Below are positions 1 through 9,420 of a stretch of DNA of 64,000 nt, one piece after another. The notes beneath the pieces were generated by a model that was not told the origin of the DNA, did not search any database, and saw only the letters and a list, made by a program, of their open reading frames with translations. How positions within the stretch are numbered: position 1 is the first letter of the stretch; each line of letters starts with the position of its first letter. Both the position numbers and the translations under genes were made by a program. Origin of the DNA: Candidatus Collierbacteria bacterium (GTDB lineage: Bacteria; Patescibacteriota; Microgenomatia; UBA1400; JACPES01); assembly GCA_016183365.1 (NCBI GenBank), contig JACPES010000003.1:473154-537153 (forward strand), read 5' to 3'.

Positions 1-1
1 T

Positions 2-172
2 CAAATAGTCAGAAGCGATTCAACTTTTGTTACTAGAGTTCTTCCGCCATTTGAAGTTTCTAAAAATACTCCGGGAGGAGCTTTGCAAGAGTTGGCTGAA
101 AAGACCAGGCAAGATATGCAGAAAGCCATTGACAGCCTGCTGAATTATCGAGTGGGATTTAAAGAATATTAA
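2..172 (+). CDS. 3' end of a gene running off the window (possibly a PlsC-like acyltransferase C-terminus)
   Basis: Open frame QIVRSDSTFVTRVLPPFEV...LAEKTRQDMQKAIDSLLNYRVGFKEY* ending at TAA 170-172, overlapping the convergent GNAT stop. Confidence 0.4.
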   Translation, partial: QIVRSDSTFVTRVLPPFEVSKNTPGGALQELAEKTRQDMQKAIDSLLNYRVGFKEY

Positions 173-858
173 ACCTCGGCAAGCATGATGACTCCAAAGT
201 TACAGCTTTCTGGATCGGGGCCGAAATCCGGATCAGTTAGTTTTAACACTGTTAATCCGCATTTTTCATAAAATCTGATCTCTGGTTCTTGCCTTAGGTT
301 GTCTGCTCTTTTGAGTTGGAGATATTCTTGGGCTTTTTGTATTAACTCTGGGGTTGACAAATTGTCTGGATTGATACCTTGGGTAGTAAGACTATCTCTG
401 AATTTTGGCAGTCTGGCTCCCAGCATGAGATATTTACATCCTAAACTTTTTGCCAGTTCAAATTGTTTGGCCACTAACTGTTGTCCGTATCCTTTTCCTT
501 GGGACTCACGTTGAACACCGACCGAAACAACATATAAAGTATTTCCATCCGGTTCGTGTGTATCAATAAAGCCGTTACCGGTAATTTCATCCCAAGTTTT
601 GTGATAATCGTTGATTTTATTGGGGTCGAAATTAATTCTCATAGAAGTGGTGACTCCAACTAATTTGTCATTTTTAGACAGTCCAAATACGCCAGCAGGA
701 AACATTTTAATTCTGGCTTGGAACTTTTCTTTCGGAGCTTGCCAATCAATTGGCCAGGTATTTTTTTCTACCCGATCAATTTCTTCTATATCTGATTCTG
801 TCAATTGCGATATCACAAAACTTGCCATATTGGGAATTTCAACATGATAAAGTTTCAT
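169..858 (-). CDS. GNAT family N-acetyltransferase
   Basis: Acetyl-CoA binding motif A (VVSVGVQRESQGKGYGQQL) and RFYEKCG motif. Confidence 0.85.
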   Translation of the reverse strand: MKLYHVEIPNMASFVISQLTESDIEEIDRVEKNTWPIDWQAPKEKFQARIKMFPAGVFGLSKNDKLVGVTTSMRINFDPNKINDYHKTWDEITGNGFIDTHEPDGNTLYVVSVGVQRESQGKGYGQQLVAKQFELAKSLGCKYLMLGARLPKFRDSLTTQGINPDNLSTPELIQKAQEYLQLKRADNLRQEPEIRFYEKCGLTVLKLTDPDFGPDPESCNFGVIMLAEV

Positions 859-908
859 AGCGGATAAATTCTTTGCTGACGGTAAGAAGATAATATATCA
901 TAGGAAGT

Positions 909-2255
909 ATGAGAGTTCATTTTACCGGAATTAAGGGAGTGGGGATGACGGCTTTGGCATTAGCGTATCAGGATGCCGGGTGGGAAGTGCAGGGATCGGA
1001 TACTAAAGATTTCCAAATTACGGATGAGCCGCTTAAAGCCCGGGGAATTAAAGTATTTGAAAAATTTACCCCGCGGAATATCTGGAAATTGAAAAAAATG
1101 GTTTGGGTGCCGGCTGTCGATAAATTGATTTATACCGGAGCCCATCACGGGGCCCAAAATGTGGAAGTTAAATGGGCGGCTTCCCGGGGGGTGCCGGTTA
1201 TGAATTACGCTCAGGCCTTAGGTGAATTTTTTTCCGCCAAAAAACAAATTTGCGTTTGCGGGGTGGGGGGAAAGACCACAGTTTCGGCTATGATTGCCAC
1301 TATTCTTTATGAAACAGGTCAGGATCCATCGTGGATTGTCGGCACCAGCGCCATTTCTTCACTGCCGGCGTCCGGACACTTCGGTAAAGGGGATTGGGCT
1401 GTGATAGAAAGCGATGAATACACGGCTGATCCGGGGGCCGACAAAACTCCTAAATTTATGTATATGAATCCGAAAATTATAGTTTGCACCAATATCCGGC
1501 ATGATCATCCAGATATTTATCCGACAGAACAGGATACGATTCAGGCTTACATAAAGTTTTTTGGAAAGTTGCCAAAAAACGGAATTTTACTGGTTTCGTC
1601 TCAAGTAAAAAATATCGTTGGCGCGTCACCTGATGCCAAAGTTTATGATAACGATCCAAAACTGCAAGAATTAGTCAAGGGAATTATTCAGGTTCCCGGC
1701 GAGTATAACGTTAAAAATGCCATGGCGGCGGTATCAGTAGCTGAATCAATCGACATTCCGAGAAAAAAAGCTTTGGAAGCTTTAACAAAATATACCGGTT
1801 CAAAGCGCAGATTTGAATTGATTGCCGATATCAACGGTGTCAAGGTTTATGACGATTATGCCCATCACCCTCATGAAATAGAGAGCTTGCTTTCTGCCGG
1901 AAGGCAAAAATTTCCGGATAAAAAAATTAAATTTGTATTCCAACCGCATACTTTTTCCAGAACAAAAGCTCTGTTTGATCAATTCGCGGATAGCCTGAAA
2001 GGCGTTGACGAAGTAATTCTGGATCCGATATTTGCCTCGGCCAGAGAAGCGGTTGACACTGAAATCAGTTCTGAAATGCTGGCAAAAAGAATAAATGAAA
2101 CAGGCGGAAAAGCGGTTTTTATCGCCAACCGCCAAAAATTGGTAAAATACTTAATTAAAACCTCAAAACCGGGGGAGGTTATTTTTACCGTCGGCGCCGG
2201 CAACTTGTATGAAATTCATTCTGAACTTAAGCAAGGCTTGGGAAAAACGGATTAA
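909..2255 (+). CDS. murC: UDP-N-acetylmuramate--L-alanine ligase
   Basis: HFTGIKGVGM N-terminus, GKTT P-loop, IESDE, DDYAHHPHE, FQPHTFSRT. Confidence 0.95.
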   Translation: MRVHFTGIKGVGMTALALAYQDAGWEVQGSDTKDFQITDEPLKARGIKVFEKFTPRNIWKLKKMVWVPAVDKLIYTGAHHGAQNVEVKWAASRGVPVMNYAQALGEFFSAKKQICVCGVGGKTTVSAMIATILYETGQDPSWIVGTSAISSLPASGHFGKGDWAVIESDEYTADPGADKTPKFMYMNPKIIVCTNIRHDHPDIYPTEQDTIQAYIKFFGKLPKNGILLVSSQVKNIVGASPDAKVYDNDPKLQELVKGIIQVPGEYNVKNAMAAVSVAESIDIPRKKALEALTKYTGSKRRFELIADINGVKVYDDYAHHPHEIESLLSAGRQKFPDKKIKFVFQPHTFSRTKALFDQFADSLKGVDEVILDPIFASAREAVDTEISSEMLAKRINETGGKAVFIANRQKLVKYLIKTSKPGEVIFTVGAGNLYEIHSELKQGLGKTD

Positions 2256-3303
2256 AAGAAACGAAATTCTGGCTCCGTATACGTATTTTAGGATAGGCGG
2301 TCCGGCCGATTATTTTGTAACGGTTAAATCTTCAAAAGAGCTCAAGGAGGTTATTTTGTCGGCCGAAGCTGCAAAGGTGCCCTGGTTTATTTTGGGCGGC
2401 GGCAGCAATATTTTGGTGGGAGATTTTGGATTTAGGGGGTTAGTAATTAAGAATGACGCGGAATCAGCTAATGTTGAGGGCAAGGAATTGACGGCGGAAA
2501 GCGGAATAAAGATGTCAAAATTGGCGGCATTTTCCATTAAGAACGGATTGGCTGGTTTGGAAGTATTCATGTCGGTGCCGGGGACGTTAGGCGGAGCGGT
2601 TTTTAATAATTCTCATTTCAGGCCGGAAAAAAATGAATTTATCGGAAATTTGGTTAAAGAGGCGGAGGTACTATTGATGAATGGAGAGAACCGCCGGCTG
2701 CCATCGGCCGCTCGCATCAGCTCCACTGGGGCGGAGCCGGAATCCACCCCAGTGCGGTCTGTCGCTTCGCGTCCGGCGTGCCGGCAAGTCTTGGATTGGC
2801 ATAGGGAGATCGTTAATAGAGATTGGTTCCGGTTTGGGTATGATTATTCCCGTCTTCACGATGAAACAGGGGTGGTTTTGAACGTAAGATTCAGGTTGAA
2901 AAAATCTGACCCCGAAAAACTCAAGGCCAGATCGTTAGAATTACTCAAGCAGAGAAATAGCCGTCAGCCAATAGGTCAATTAAGCTGTGGGTGCATGTTC
3001 AAAAACCCTGACGGAATGTCTGCCGGACAATTAATTGATGATGCGGGGATGAAAGGTAAAAGAGTGGGCGGAGCCGTGGTTTCCGATAAACATGCCAATT
3101 TTATCGTTAACACCGGCGGGGCTAAAGCAGAAGAAGTGCTAAAATTGATGGATTGGGTAAAAAGAGCCGTCAAAACCAAATCCGGAATTGACTTGGAACC
3201 GGAGATATTTAGAGTGGGAGAGTTTAGTAAAGGCGATCCGAATGATCCAAATCAACATCCGAATGTTCCGAATAGAGAATTCGAATTATTCGGATGTCAT
3301 TAG
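2209..3303 (+). CDS. murB: UDP-N-acetylenolpyruvoylglucosamine reductase, with in-frame hairpin insertion and repeat-derived C-terminus
   Basis: YTYFRIGGPAD, GGGSNIL, PGTLGGAVFNN, CGCMFKNP, KHANFIVN. Confidence 0.95.
   Translation: MKFILNLSKAWEKRIKRNEILAPYTYFRIGGPADYFVTVKSSKELKEVILSAEAAKVPWFILGGGSNILVGDFGFRGLVIKNDAESANVEGKELTAESGIKMSKLAAFSIKNGLAGLEVFMSVPGTLGGAVFNNSHFRPEKNEFIGNLVKEAEVLLMNGENRRLPSAARISSTGAEPESTPVRSVASRPACRQVLDWHREIVNRDWFRFGYDYSRLHDETGVVLNVRFRLKKSDPEKLKARSLELLKQRNSRQPIGQLSCGCMFKNPDGMSAGQLIDDAGMKGKRVGGAVVSDKHANFIVNTGGAKAEEVLKLMDWVKRAVKTKSGIDLEPEIFRVGEFSKGDPNDPNQHPNVPNREFELFGCH
2693..2785. repeat. 93-nt imperfect hairpin inserted in-frame in murB
   Basis: GCCGGC...CACTGGGG-loop-CCCCAGTG...GCCGGC; encodes RRLPSAARISSTGAEPESTPVRSVASRPACR, not typical of MurB. 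Confidence 0.75.
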
Positions 3304-3317
3304 TAGATTGGGATCGC
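3233..3317. mobile_element. Short non-autonomous GCGATC...GATCGC inverted-repeat element (family C)
   Basis: Arms made of ATCCGAAT-type repeats; right end TAGATTGGGATCGC is the exact reverse complement of 13817-13830. Confidence 0.75.
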
Positions 3318-3324
3318 TTAAATT

Positions 3325-4581
3325 ATGTCATCATTTATTATAAATGGCGGCAAGCCTTTAATCGGCGCAATAACGGTTTCCGGTAACAAAAACGCGGTTT
3401 TGCCGGCTATGGCCGCGGCTTTATTAACCGATAAGGAAGTAATTCTGGAAAATGTGCCTCATATCAAAGATGTTGAAACTATGGGGGTACTCTTAAACGG
3501 TTTGGGGGCTAAGTTGACTGGTTTAGATACTCCGGTTATAAAAATTACGGCTAAAGATTTAAAACCTAAAGAGCCGGATGAAAAGTTAGTGGCCGATTTA
3601 AGAGCTTCAGTTTTATTGCTGGGTCCGCTTTTATCGAGGTTAGGCCGAACGGTTATCCGTCATCCCGGAGGCGATATCATCGGCCGCCGATCGATAGATG
3701 AACATTTAAAAGCTTTGGAGAAATTGGGAGTAAAAATTGAGATAGAGGGAATTTTAAATAAACTTTCCGTCAAGAAATTACACGGAGCGGATATCCATTT
3801 GACGGAAGCTTCGGTGACGGCGACGGAAAACATTATGATGGCTGCGGTTTTGGCTGAAGGCGAAACCCAAATTACCAATGCCGCCGCCGAACCTCACGTT
3901 CAATGTTTAGGGAGATTACTGAATAAAATGGGGGCCAAGATTGAAGGCGTGGGAACCAGCAGAATTAGTATTCAGGGAGTCAACAGTTTGAGGGGGTGCA
4001 GCCACAAAGTCAGAACCGATCATATCGAGGTTGGGACTTGGGCGATAATGGCGGCAGTGACCGGAGGGGAAATAAACGTTCATGGCGTGGTCAAAGAAGA
4101 TTTGCTGCCGATGAAAGCGATTTTTGAGCCGATGGGAATAGTTATAAAAGAGTTCGATTCATCCGCAAAATTTTCCAGAGGAACTTTAACGGCTTATCCG
4201 GCGGTCAAAACAAATATTTGGCCCGGATTCCCGACGGATTTGATGAGTCCGATGATAGTTTTAGCGACACAGTGCCGGGGAATGACTTTAGCCCATGACT
4301 GGATGTATGAAGGCAGGATGTTTTTTGTGGATAGATTGATTAAAATGGGGGCTAATATAATTGTGGCTGACCCGCATAGGATTATTGTTAACGGTCCGAC
4401 TCCGTTTTATCCAAGACACAGTTCTAGTCCGGATATTCGAGCCGGAGTCGCTTTAGTAATTGCCTCTTTGGCGGCAAACGGAGAGTCCGTAATTGATATG
4501 GCCGAGATCATTGACAGAGGGTATGAAAATTTGGAACAAAGATTAACAGGGTTGGGAGCCGATATCAAACGGATTTCATGA
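3325..4581 (+). CDS. murA: UDP-N-acetylglucosamine 1-carboxyvinyltransferase
   Basis: SGNKNAVLP, LRASVLLLGPLL, PGGDIIGRR (Asp at the active-site Cys position), WPGFPTD, IDRGYE. Confidence 0.95.
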   Translation: MSSFIINGGKPLIGAITVSGNKNAVLPAMAAALLTDKEVILENVPHIKDVETMGVLLNGLGAKLTGLDTPVIKITAKDLKPKEPDEKLVADLRASVLLLGPLLSRLGRTVIRHPGGDIIGRRSIDEHLKALEKLGVKIEIEGILNKLSVKKLHGADIHLTEASVTATENIMMAAVLAEGETQITNAAAEPHVQCLGRLLNKMGAKIEGVGTSRISIQGVNSLRGCSHKVRTDHIEVGTWAIMAAVTGGEINVHGVVKEDLLPMKAIFEPMGIVIKEFDSSAKFSRGTLTAYPAVKTNIWPGFPTDLMSPMIVLATQCRGMTLAHDWMYEGRMFFVDRLIKMGANIIVADPHRIIVNGPTPFYPRHSSSPDIRAGVALVIASLAANGESVIDMAEIIDRGYENLEQRLTGLGADIKRIS

Positions 4582-4955
4582 ACTTTTTAAAATCATTGGG
4601 GTTTGCTTTAGAAGGATTGCGGGAAATGATTTGGGGGCACAAGAATTTCCGCCTCCAAATTATGATTGGTTTGCTGACGGTTGCCGCCGGGTTTGTCTTT
4701 CAGCTGAATTTTTCGGAATGGATGGCGTTGATATTAATCAGCGGGTTGGTTTTAGTAACGGAGATGGCAAATTCTGCTATTGAAGCAATGGTGGATTTGA
4801 TCACCAAAGAACGTAAGGAGGAAGCCAAAAAAGCTAAGGATATTGCCGCCGGAATGGTACTATTTGTTTCAGGATTATCAATAGTAATCGGAATATTTAT
4901 TTTCGGTCCACATCTTATGAAGCTTTTAACCATTCAGCCATTCCAACCATTTTAA
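4578..4955 (+). CDS. dgkA: Diacylglycerol/undecaprenol kinase family protein
   Basis: EMANSAIEAMVD, KKAKDIAAGMV, three hydrophobic segments. Confidence 0.9.
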   Translation: MNFLKSLGFALEGLREMIWGHKNFRLQIMIGLLTVAAGFVFQLNFSEWMALILISGLVLVTEMANSAIEAMVDLITKERKEEAKKAKDIAAGMVLFVSGLSIVIGIFIFGPHLMKLLTIQPFQPF

Positions 4956-4967
4956 CCATTATTTTAT

Positions 4968-5999
4968 ATGTCATTGCTTTTAACCTTACTTCTCTCATCT
5001 TTTGCCGTCACCGGTCTACTGATCGTGCCATTTATTAATGTACTGTATTCACTGAAGTTTCAACGCCGGGTCCAAAAAACCCGCGACCCTTTAGACCAGC
5101 GGACGCCGATTTTTGACAGATTACACCAAAAGAAAGCCGGAACCCCGGTGGGGGGAGGATTATTGGTTATTTCTGTAGTATCCATATTATTTGCTTTGCT
5201 ATTTCCGATAATGAAACACTTCGGAGTGGTGGTAACTCAAGTTTATCCTTTGGTGGATGAATTGAATATTATTTTTTTCACTTTTATTTCATTCGGATTG
5301 CTGGGGTTGTATGACGATTTGATGAAATTTTTCGACATTGAAAACACCGGATTTTTTGGGTTAAGGTTCAGGTGGAAATTTTTGATTCAAATAATTCTGG
5401 CGTTTATAGTCGCGTCGCTATTGTATTTCAATCTAAAAATAGATATTTTCTATATCCCGTTTATAGGCGTTTTTCGCATCGGGTGGTTATTTATCCCTTT
5501 GGCCGCTTTTGTGATCACCGCTTTTGCCAACGCCTATAACGTGACCGACGGTTTGGACGGATTGGCTTCAGGATTATTAATGATTGCCCTTTTTGCCTTG
5601 TGGTATTTGTCCTCGGCCATTCTGGATACCACATTATCAATGTTTTTAGTTCTGTGGATCGGCAGTCTGATAGCCTTTTTATATTTCAACGTTTTTCCGG
5701 CCAGGATAATGTTGGGAGACGTGGGCGCGTTATCTTTTGGGGCCACTTTGGCCGTAGTGGGGTTGCTGCTGGGAAAAGTGATGGCTATCGTGGTTGTCGG
5801 CGGAATTTTTGTACTTGAAGTAACTTCGTCATTGGGACAATTATTGTCAAAAAAATTCTTGCGAAAAAAACTTTTTCCTGTAGCTCCGGTTCACCTATGG
5901 TTGCAATTATTGAAATGGGAGGAGCCTAAAATAGTAATGCGGGCCTGGTTGGCCGGAATTATTTTGGCGCTTTTCGGAGTCTGGTTGGCGGTGATTTGA
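4968..5999 (+). CDS. mraY: Phospho-N-acetylmuramoyl-pentapeptide transferase
   Basis: KAGTPVGGG, LYDD, NAYNVTDGLDGLA, MLGDVG, APVH. Confidence 0.95.
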   Translation: MSLLLTLLLSSFAVTGLLIVPFINVLYSLKFQRRVQKTRDPLDQRTPIFDRLHQKKAGTPVGGGLLVISVVSILFALLFPIMKHFGVVVTQVYPLVDELNIIFFTFISFGLLGLYDDLMKFFDIENTGFFGLRFRWKFLIQIILAFIVASLLYFNLKIDIFYIPFIGVFRIGWLFIPLAAFVITAFANAYNVTDGLDGLASGLLMIALFALWYLSSAILDTTLSMFLVLWIGSLIAFLYFNVFPARIMLGDVGALSFGATLAVVGLLLGKVMAIVVVGGIFVLEVTSSLGQLLSKKFLRKKLFPVAPVHLWLQLLKWEEPKIVMRAWLAGIILALFGVWLAVI

Positions 6000-6018
6000 A
6001 AAGGACGAAGGATAAAGG

Positions 6019-6711
6019 ATGAAGGACGAAGGAAAAACCAAAATCGGGGTATTTGACAGCGGAGCAGGGGGAAGGCTTATTGCTGACAAGCTGAGAGCAT
6101 TAAAAAATGTAAACGTTATTTATCTTTCAGATCCGGAATATTTCCCCTATGGAACTAAGACGGAGGAAATTATTCAAGATAGGTTGTTGCATTTTGCTAA
6201 ACAATTCAAATTAAAGGGATGCCGGATAGTGGTTATTGCCTGTAATTCCGCCGCCACCAACGGAATCGCTAGTTTAAGAAAAAAATTTTCGGAAATGATT
6301 TTTGTCGGGATTGAGCCGCCGATTAAACCAATTGCCGGAATTACAAAAACAGGAAAAGTCGCGATAATTGGGACTTCGGCGACGATAACTAGTAAGCGAA
6401 GACAAAATCTTCAGGCTCTCTTCGCCAAAAAAATCAAACTCTATAATATTTCATGTCCTGGTTTAGCCGAATATATCGAAGAGCTTGTGAGGAAAGATAT
6501 AAAATGTAGTACAACATTTTATAATAATAAACAGGCAGAGTGGTTAGTCAGAAAATTTCTCGATAAACCAATCGCAGAAGGCGTTGATGTCGTCGGCATA
6601 GCTTGTACCCACTATCCGTATCTTTTCCCTCTGATGCAAGGGCTTTATCCTAAGGTAAAATTTTATGATCCGGCAGATGCCGTAGTTTTGCAAGTCAAAA
6701 GGATGCTATGA
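6019..6711 (+). CDS. murI: Glutamate racemase
   Basis: IGVFDSG, PYGTK, IACNSA, ACTHYP. Confidence 0.93.
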   Translation: MKDEGKTKIGVFDSGAGGRLIADKLRALKNVNVIYLSDPEYFPYGTKTEEIIQDRLLHFAKQFKLKGCRIVVIACNSAATNGIASLRKKFSEMIFVGIEPPIKPIAGITKTGKVAIIGTSATITSKRRQNLQALFAKKIKLYNISCPGLAEYIEELVRKDIKCSTTFYNNKQAEWLVRKFLDKPIAEGVDVVGIACTHYPYLFPLMQGLYPKVKFYDPADAVVLQVKRML

Positions 6712-6717
6712 AGTCAC

Positions 6718-6800
6718 GAGTTTTACGTTTCTTGCTCGCTGGCGGCAGCTAGTTTACTTCGCAAATTTGCCAACTTCGCAAAAAGTAAAGCGCGAAACTC
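6718..6800. repeat. Intergenic imperfect hairpin with the same bulge pattern as family A
   Basis: GAGTTT-TA-CGTTT...AAAGCG-CG-AAACTC closing stem. Confidence 0.5.
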
Positions 6801-6820
6801 ATGTTGTATATAATGAGGAT

Positions 6821-8341
6821 ATGACTCCGTGGAAGAGGTTTTGTCGGGATTGGAAAGGAAAAAGGGTTTTAATTATGGGACTGGGACTTCAGGGCAGAGG
6901 AATTGGGGATGCAAAGTTGTTTTGCGAGGCTGGTTCACATGTAACTGTGACTGATTTAAAAAGTGAATCTCAACTTCAACTTGCGCTTGAACAATTAAAT
7001 GGTCTGTCGATTAGATTTGTGCTCGGGAAACATGAAGAGGAAGATTTTTGGACACACGACATGGTGCTCCAGAATCCTGACGTGCCGTCCAACTCTCCGT
7101 TTTTAGAAGTAGCCAAAAAAGCCGGAATACCGGTTAAAATGGACTCATCTCTTTTTGCCGTCTACTATCCGCTGCCGATAATCGGGATTACCGGGACGCG
7201 GGGGAAGACGACCACTACGATGATGATTTATGAGGTTTTGAAAAAATTATACAAAGGTAGCGTGTATTTGGGAGGGAATATACCGGATAAGGCGACGCTG
7301 GAGTTATTAAAAGAAATTAAAGAGCCTCAGAAGTATGCTTCCTTTGGCTCGTGGTCTACGTCCACGCACCCAAAGAGCGCAACTTTGGGGTTCGGGCGTA
7401 CCGGCGATTTTTTCCGGAGAAAAAAATCGGGTCCGTCCGAAAAAGGCATTGTGGTGTTGGAGTTATCCAGTTGGGAATTACAGGGTTGGCGCGATGAAAA
7501 AATTTCGCCCAATATTTCGGTGTTTACCAATTTCTATCAGGACCATTTGAATCGTTATGCGTCAATGGACGAGTATTTTCAGGATAAATTGGCGATTCTT
7601 CGATATCAGAAAAAAACTGACTGGGCAATTCTAAACGCCGACAATCCATGGACCAAAAAGGCAGCAACGGAAATAAATTCGCGTATCAAATGGTTTTCTT
7701 CCAAAGATTTGCCACAGGAGGCTTTACTTCATGTTCCGGGTGAACACAATCGCGCAAATGCGGCAGCTGCATTGGCAGTAGTTTCTGTGATTGGCGTGGG
7801 GGGAAAAGAAGGATTAGAAATATTGAAAAGATTTAGAGGTGTACCGTTCCGATTGGAAACGATCGCAACGATTGACGGAGTTGAATATATAAACGACACC
7901 ACTTCGACTACTCCGGCGGCCGGAATCGCGGCTCTGCGGGCGATGACAAAACCGGTGGTATTAATTACCGGTGGCTCGAGCAAAAAATTGGATTTAAAAC
8001 CGTTGGCGGAAGAGATCGTTGAAAGTTATAGGAAACACCGGGTTAAGCGGGTGGTTTTGTTAAGGGGAGAAGGGACGGATGAACTAATTGTTTATCTGAA
8101 GGCTTGTGAAGTTTCGTCCTGCAGAGCTGGATCCCGTTCCGCGGGACAAACTTCATACGGGAAACTGATTAACGGGGTTTATGGCGATTTTAAAGTTGCC
8201 GTAACCAGGGCCAGAGATTTGGCAATTTCAGGAGACGCGGTGTTATTGTCGCCGGGTTGCGCCAGCTTTTCCATGTTTAAAAACGAGTTTGACAGAGGCG
8301 AACAATTTAACCAAATCATCCGTAAATGGCAAAAAAAATAA
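6821..8341 (+). CDS. murD: UDP-N-acetylmuramoyl-L-alanine--D-glutamate ligase with two in-frame insertions
   Basis: GITGTRGKTTT, GGNI, LELSSWEL, DHLNRY, NDTTST, LLSPGCASF; ATG 6821 preferred over the upstream TTG. Confidence 0.95.
   Translation: MTPWKRFCRDWKGKRVLIMGLGLQGRGIGDAKLFCEAGSHVTVTDLKSESQLQLALEQLNGLSIRFVLGKHEEEDFWTHDMVLQNPDVPSNSPFLEVAKKAGIPVKMDSSLFAVYYPLPIIGITGTRGKTTTTMMIYEVLKKLYKGSVYLGGNIPDKATLELLKEIKEPQKYASFGSWSTSTHPKSATLGFGRTGDFFRRKKSGPSEKGIVVLELSSWELQGWRDEKISPNISVFTNFYQDHLNRYASMDEYFQDKLAILRYQKKTDWAILNADNPWTKKAATEINSRIKWFSSKDLPQEALLHVPGEHNRANAAAALAVVSVIGVGGKEGLEILKRFRGVPFRLETIATIDGVEYINDTTSTTPAAGIAALRAMTKPVVLITGGSSKKLDLKPLAEEIVESYRKHRVKRVVLLRGEGTDELIVYLKACEVSSCRAGSRSAGQTSYGKLINGVYGDFKVAVTRARDLAISGDAVLLSPGCASFSMFKNEFDRGEQFNQIIRKWQKK
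7324..7440 (+). repeat. Family A double-hairpin element, copy 1 (in murD)
   Basis: Shares CTCGTGGTCTACGTCCACGC and TTCGGnCGTACC...GGGTCCGTCCGA with the ileS copy. Confidence 0.9.
8107..8155. repeat. Family E palindrome in murD
   Basis: TGAAGTTT-CGTCCTGC...GCGGGAC-AAACTTCA; reverse complement resembles htpX 38244-38280. Confidence 0.7.
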
Positions 8342-9420
8342 CTCAAGTCAACCGGGAAAGGGTCAGAAGTTTACAGATTTTAGTTTTACTTTTTTTACTG
8401 TTAGGATTGGGAATGATAATGGTTTACGACTCTTCGGTAGCCGAGGCTCAAAGATTATTCGGTGATAAATTCTATTTTGTTAAACGCCATTTAATTTGGG
8501 TGACGTTGGGAATTGGCTTGATGACTGTGGTTTCTAAAATTCCGACTTCATTTATTAAAAAGTTCAGCCCGCACCTATTTGGTTTAAGCGCGGTATTACT
8601 GGCGGGGGTTTTAATTCCCGGGTTGGGGTCGGCGGCCCAGGGCGCTCGCCGCTGGTTTTACTTAGGAAAATCAATTTATTTTCAACCGTCTGAATTGGTT
8701 AAATTGTCCACGGTACTTTATTTCGCGGTGTGGTTAAAAAATAAACAACGGCTTTCTCACCCCTTGATTTTATTGGGAGTTATAATTTTTTTATTAATCC
8801 TTCAGCCTGATTTCGGGACGGCCATAATTATAACCGCCACCGGTTTTTTGATGATGTTTGTTTCCGGTCTGCCCTATAAAACTATTTTTACTTTAGTTCT
8901 GATTTGCACGCTGGCAGGATTGGGCTTATCCGTCAGTTCGTCCTATAGGCTAGAGAGAATAAAAACTTTTTTAGATCCCACCAAAGATCCTTACGGAAGT
9001 TCCTACCATATTAATCAGGCGTTAATTGCTTTTGGATCTGGAGGATGGTGGGGGTTGGGGTTGGGCAGATCCCGCCAAAAATTCGAATATTTGCCGGAAG
9101 CGTCTACAGATTCAATATTCGCGGTGGCCGGGGAAGAGTTGGGATTGGTAGGAGTAACGGTAATAATCTTAATTTTTATATTGTTGTACTGGCAGTTTTT
9201 TAGAGTGGCATTGAGGGAGAATGACGGCTACCGCAGGTTATTGGCTGTGGGTTTAAGCGGCTGGTTGTCTATTCAAACTTTGGTAAACTTAGGATCATTG
9301 ACGGCTTTAATGCCGATGACCGGCGTCCCATTGCCATTTATTTCATATGGAGGTTCAAGCTTAATAATTCAAATGCTGACATTGGGGATATTGCTTAGAA
9401 TAAACTTAACCCAGAAATGA
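8326..9420 (+). CDS. ftsW: Cell division SEDS protein FtsW
   Basis: GARRW, FQPSELVK, QPDFGT, LPEASTDSIF, GVPLPFISYGGSS; upstream of murG. Confidence 0.93.
   Translation: MAKKITQVNRERVRSLQILVLLFLLLGLGMIMVYDSSVAEAQRLFGDKFYFVKRHLIWVTLGIGLMTVVSKIPTSFIKKFSPHLFGLSAVLLAGVLIPGLGSAAQGARRWFYLGKSIYFQPSELVKLSTVLYFAVWLKNKQRLSHPLILLGVIIFLLILQPDFGTAIIITATGFLMMFVSGLPYKTIFTLVLICTLAGLGLSVSSSYRLERIKTFLDPTKDPYGSSYHINQALIAFGSGGWWGLGLGRSRQKFEYLPEASTDSIFAVAGEELGLVGVTVIILIFILLYWQFFRVALRENDGYRRLLAVGLSGWLSIQTLVNLGSLTALMPMTGVPLPFISYGGSSLIIQMLTLGILLRINLTQK

Noticed and set aside
3652-3690. MurA active-site Cys replaced by Asp (PGGDIIGRR) as a novelty
   Set aside because: This is a known natural variant linked to intrinsic fosfomycin resistance in several lineages.
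6767-6820. Extended murD N-terminus from TTG 6767
   Set aside because: It runs through the intergenic hairpin and a TATAAT box; ATG 6821 fits better. Upstream extensions of ftsA, the DUF4012 gene, atpG and ruvC were trimmed on similar grounds.
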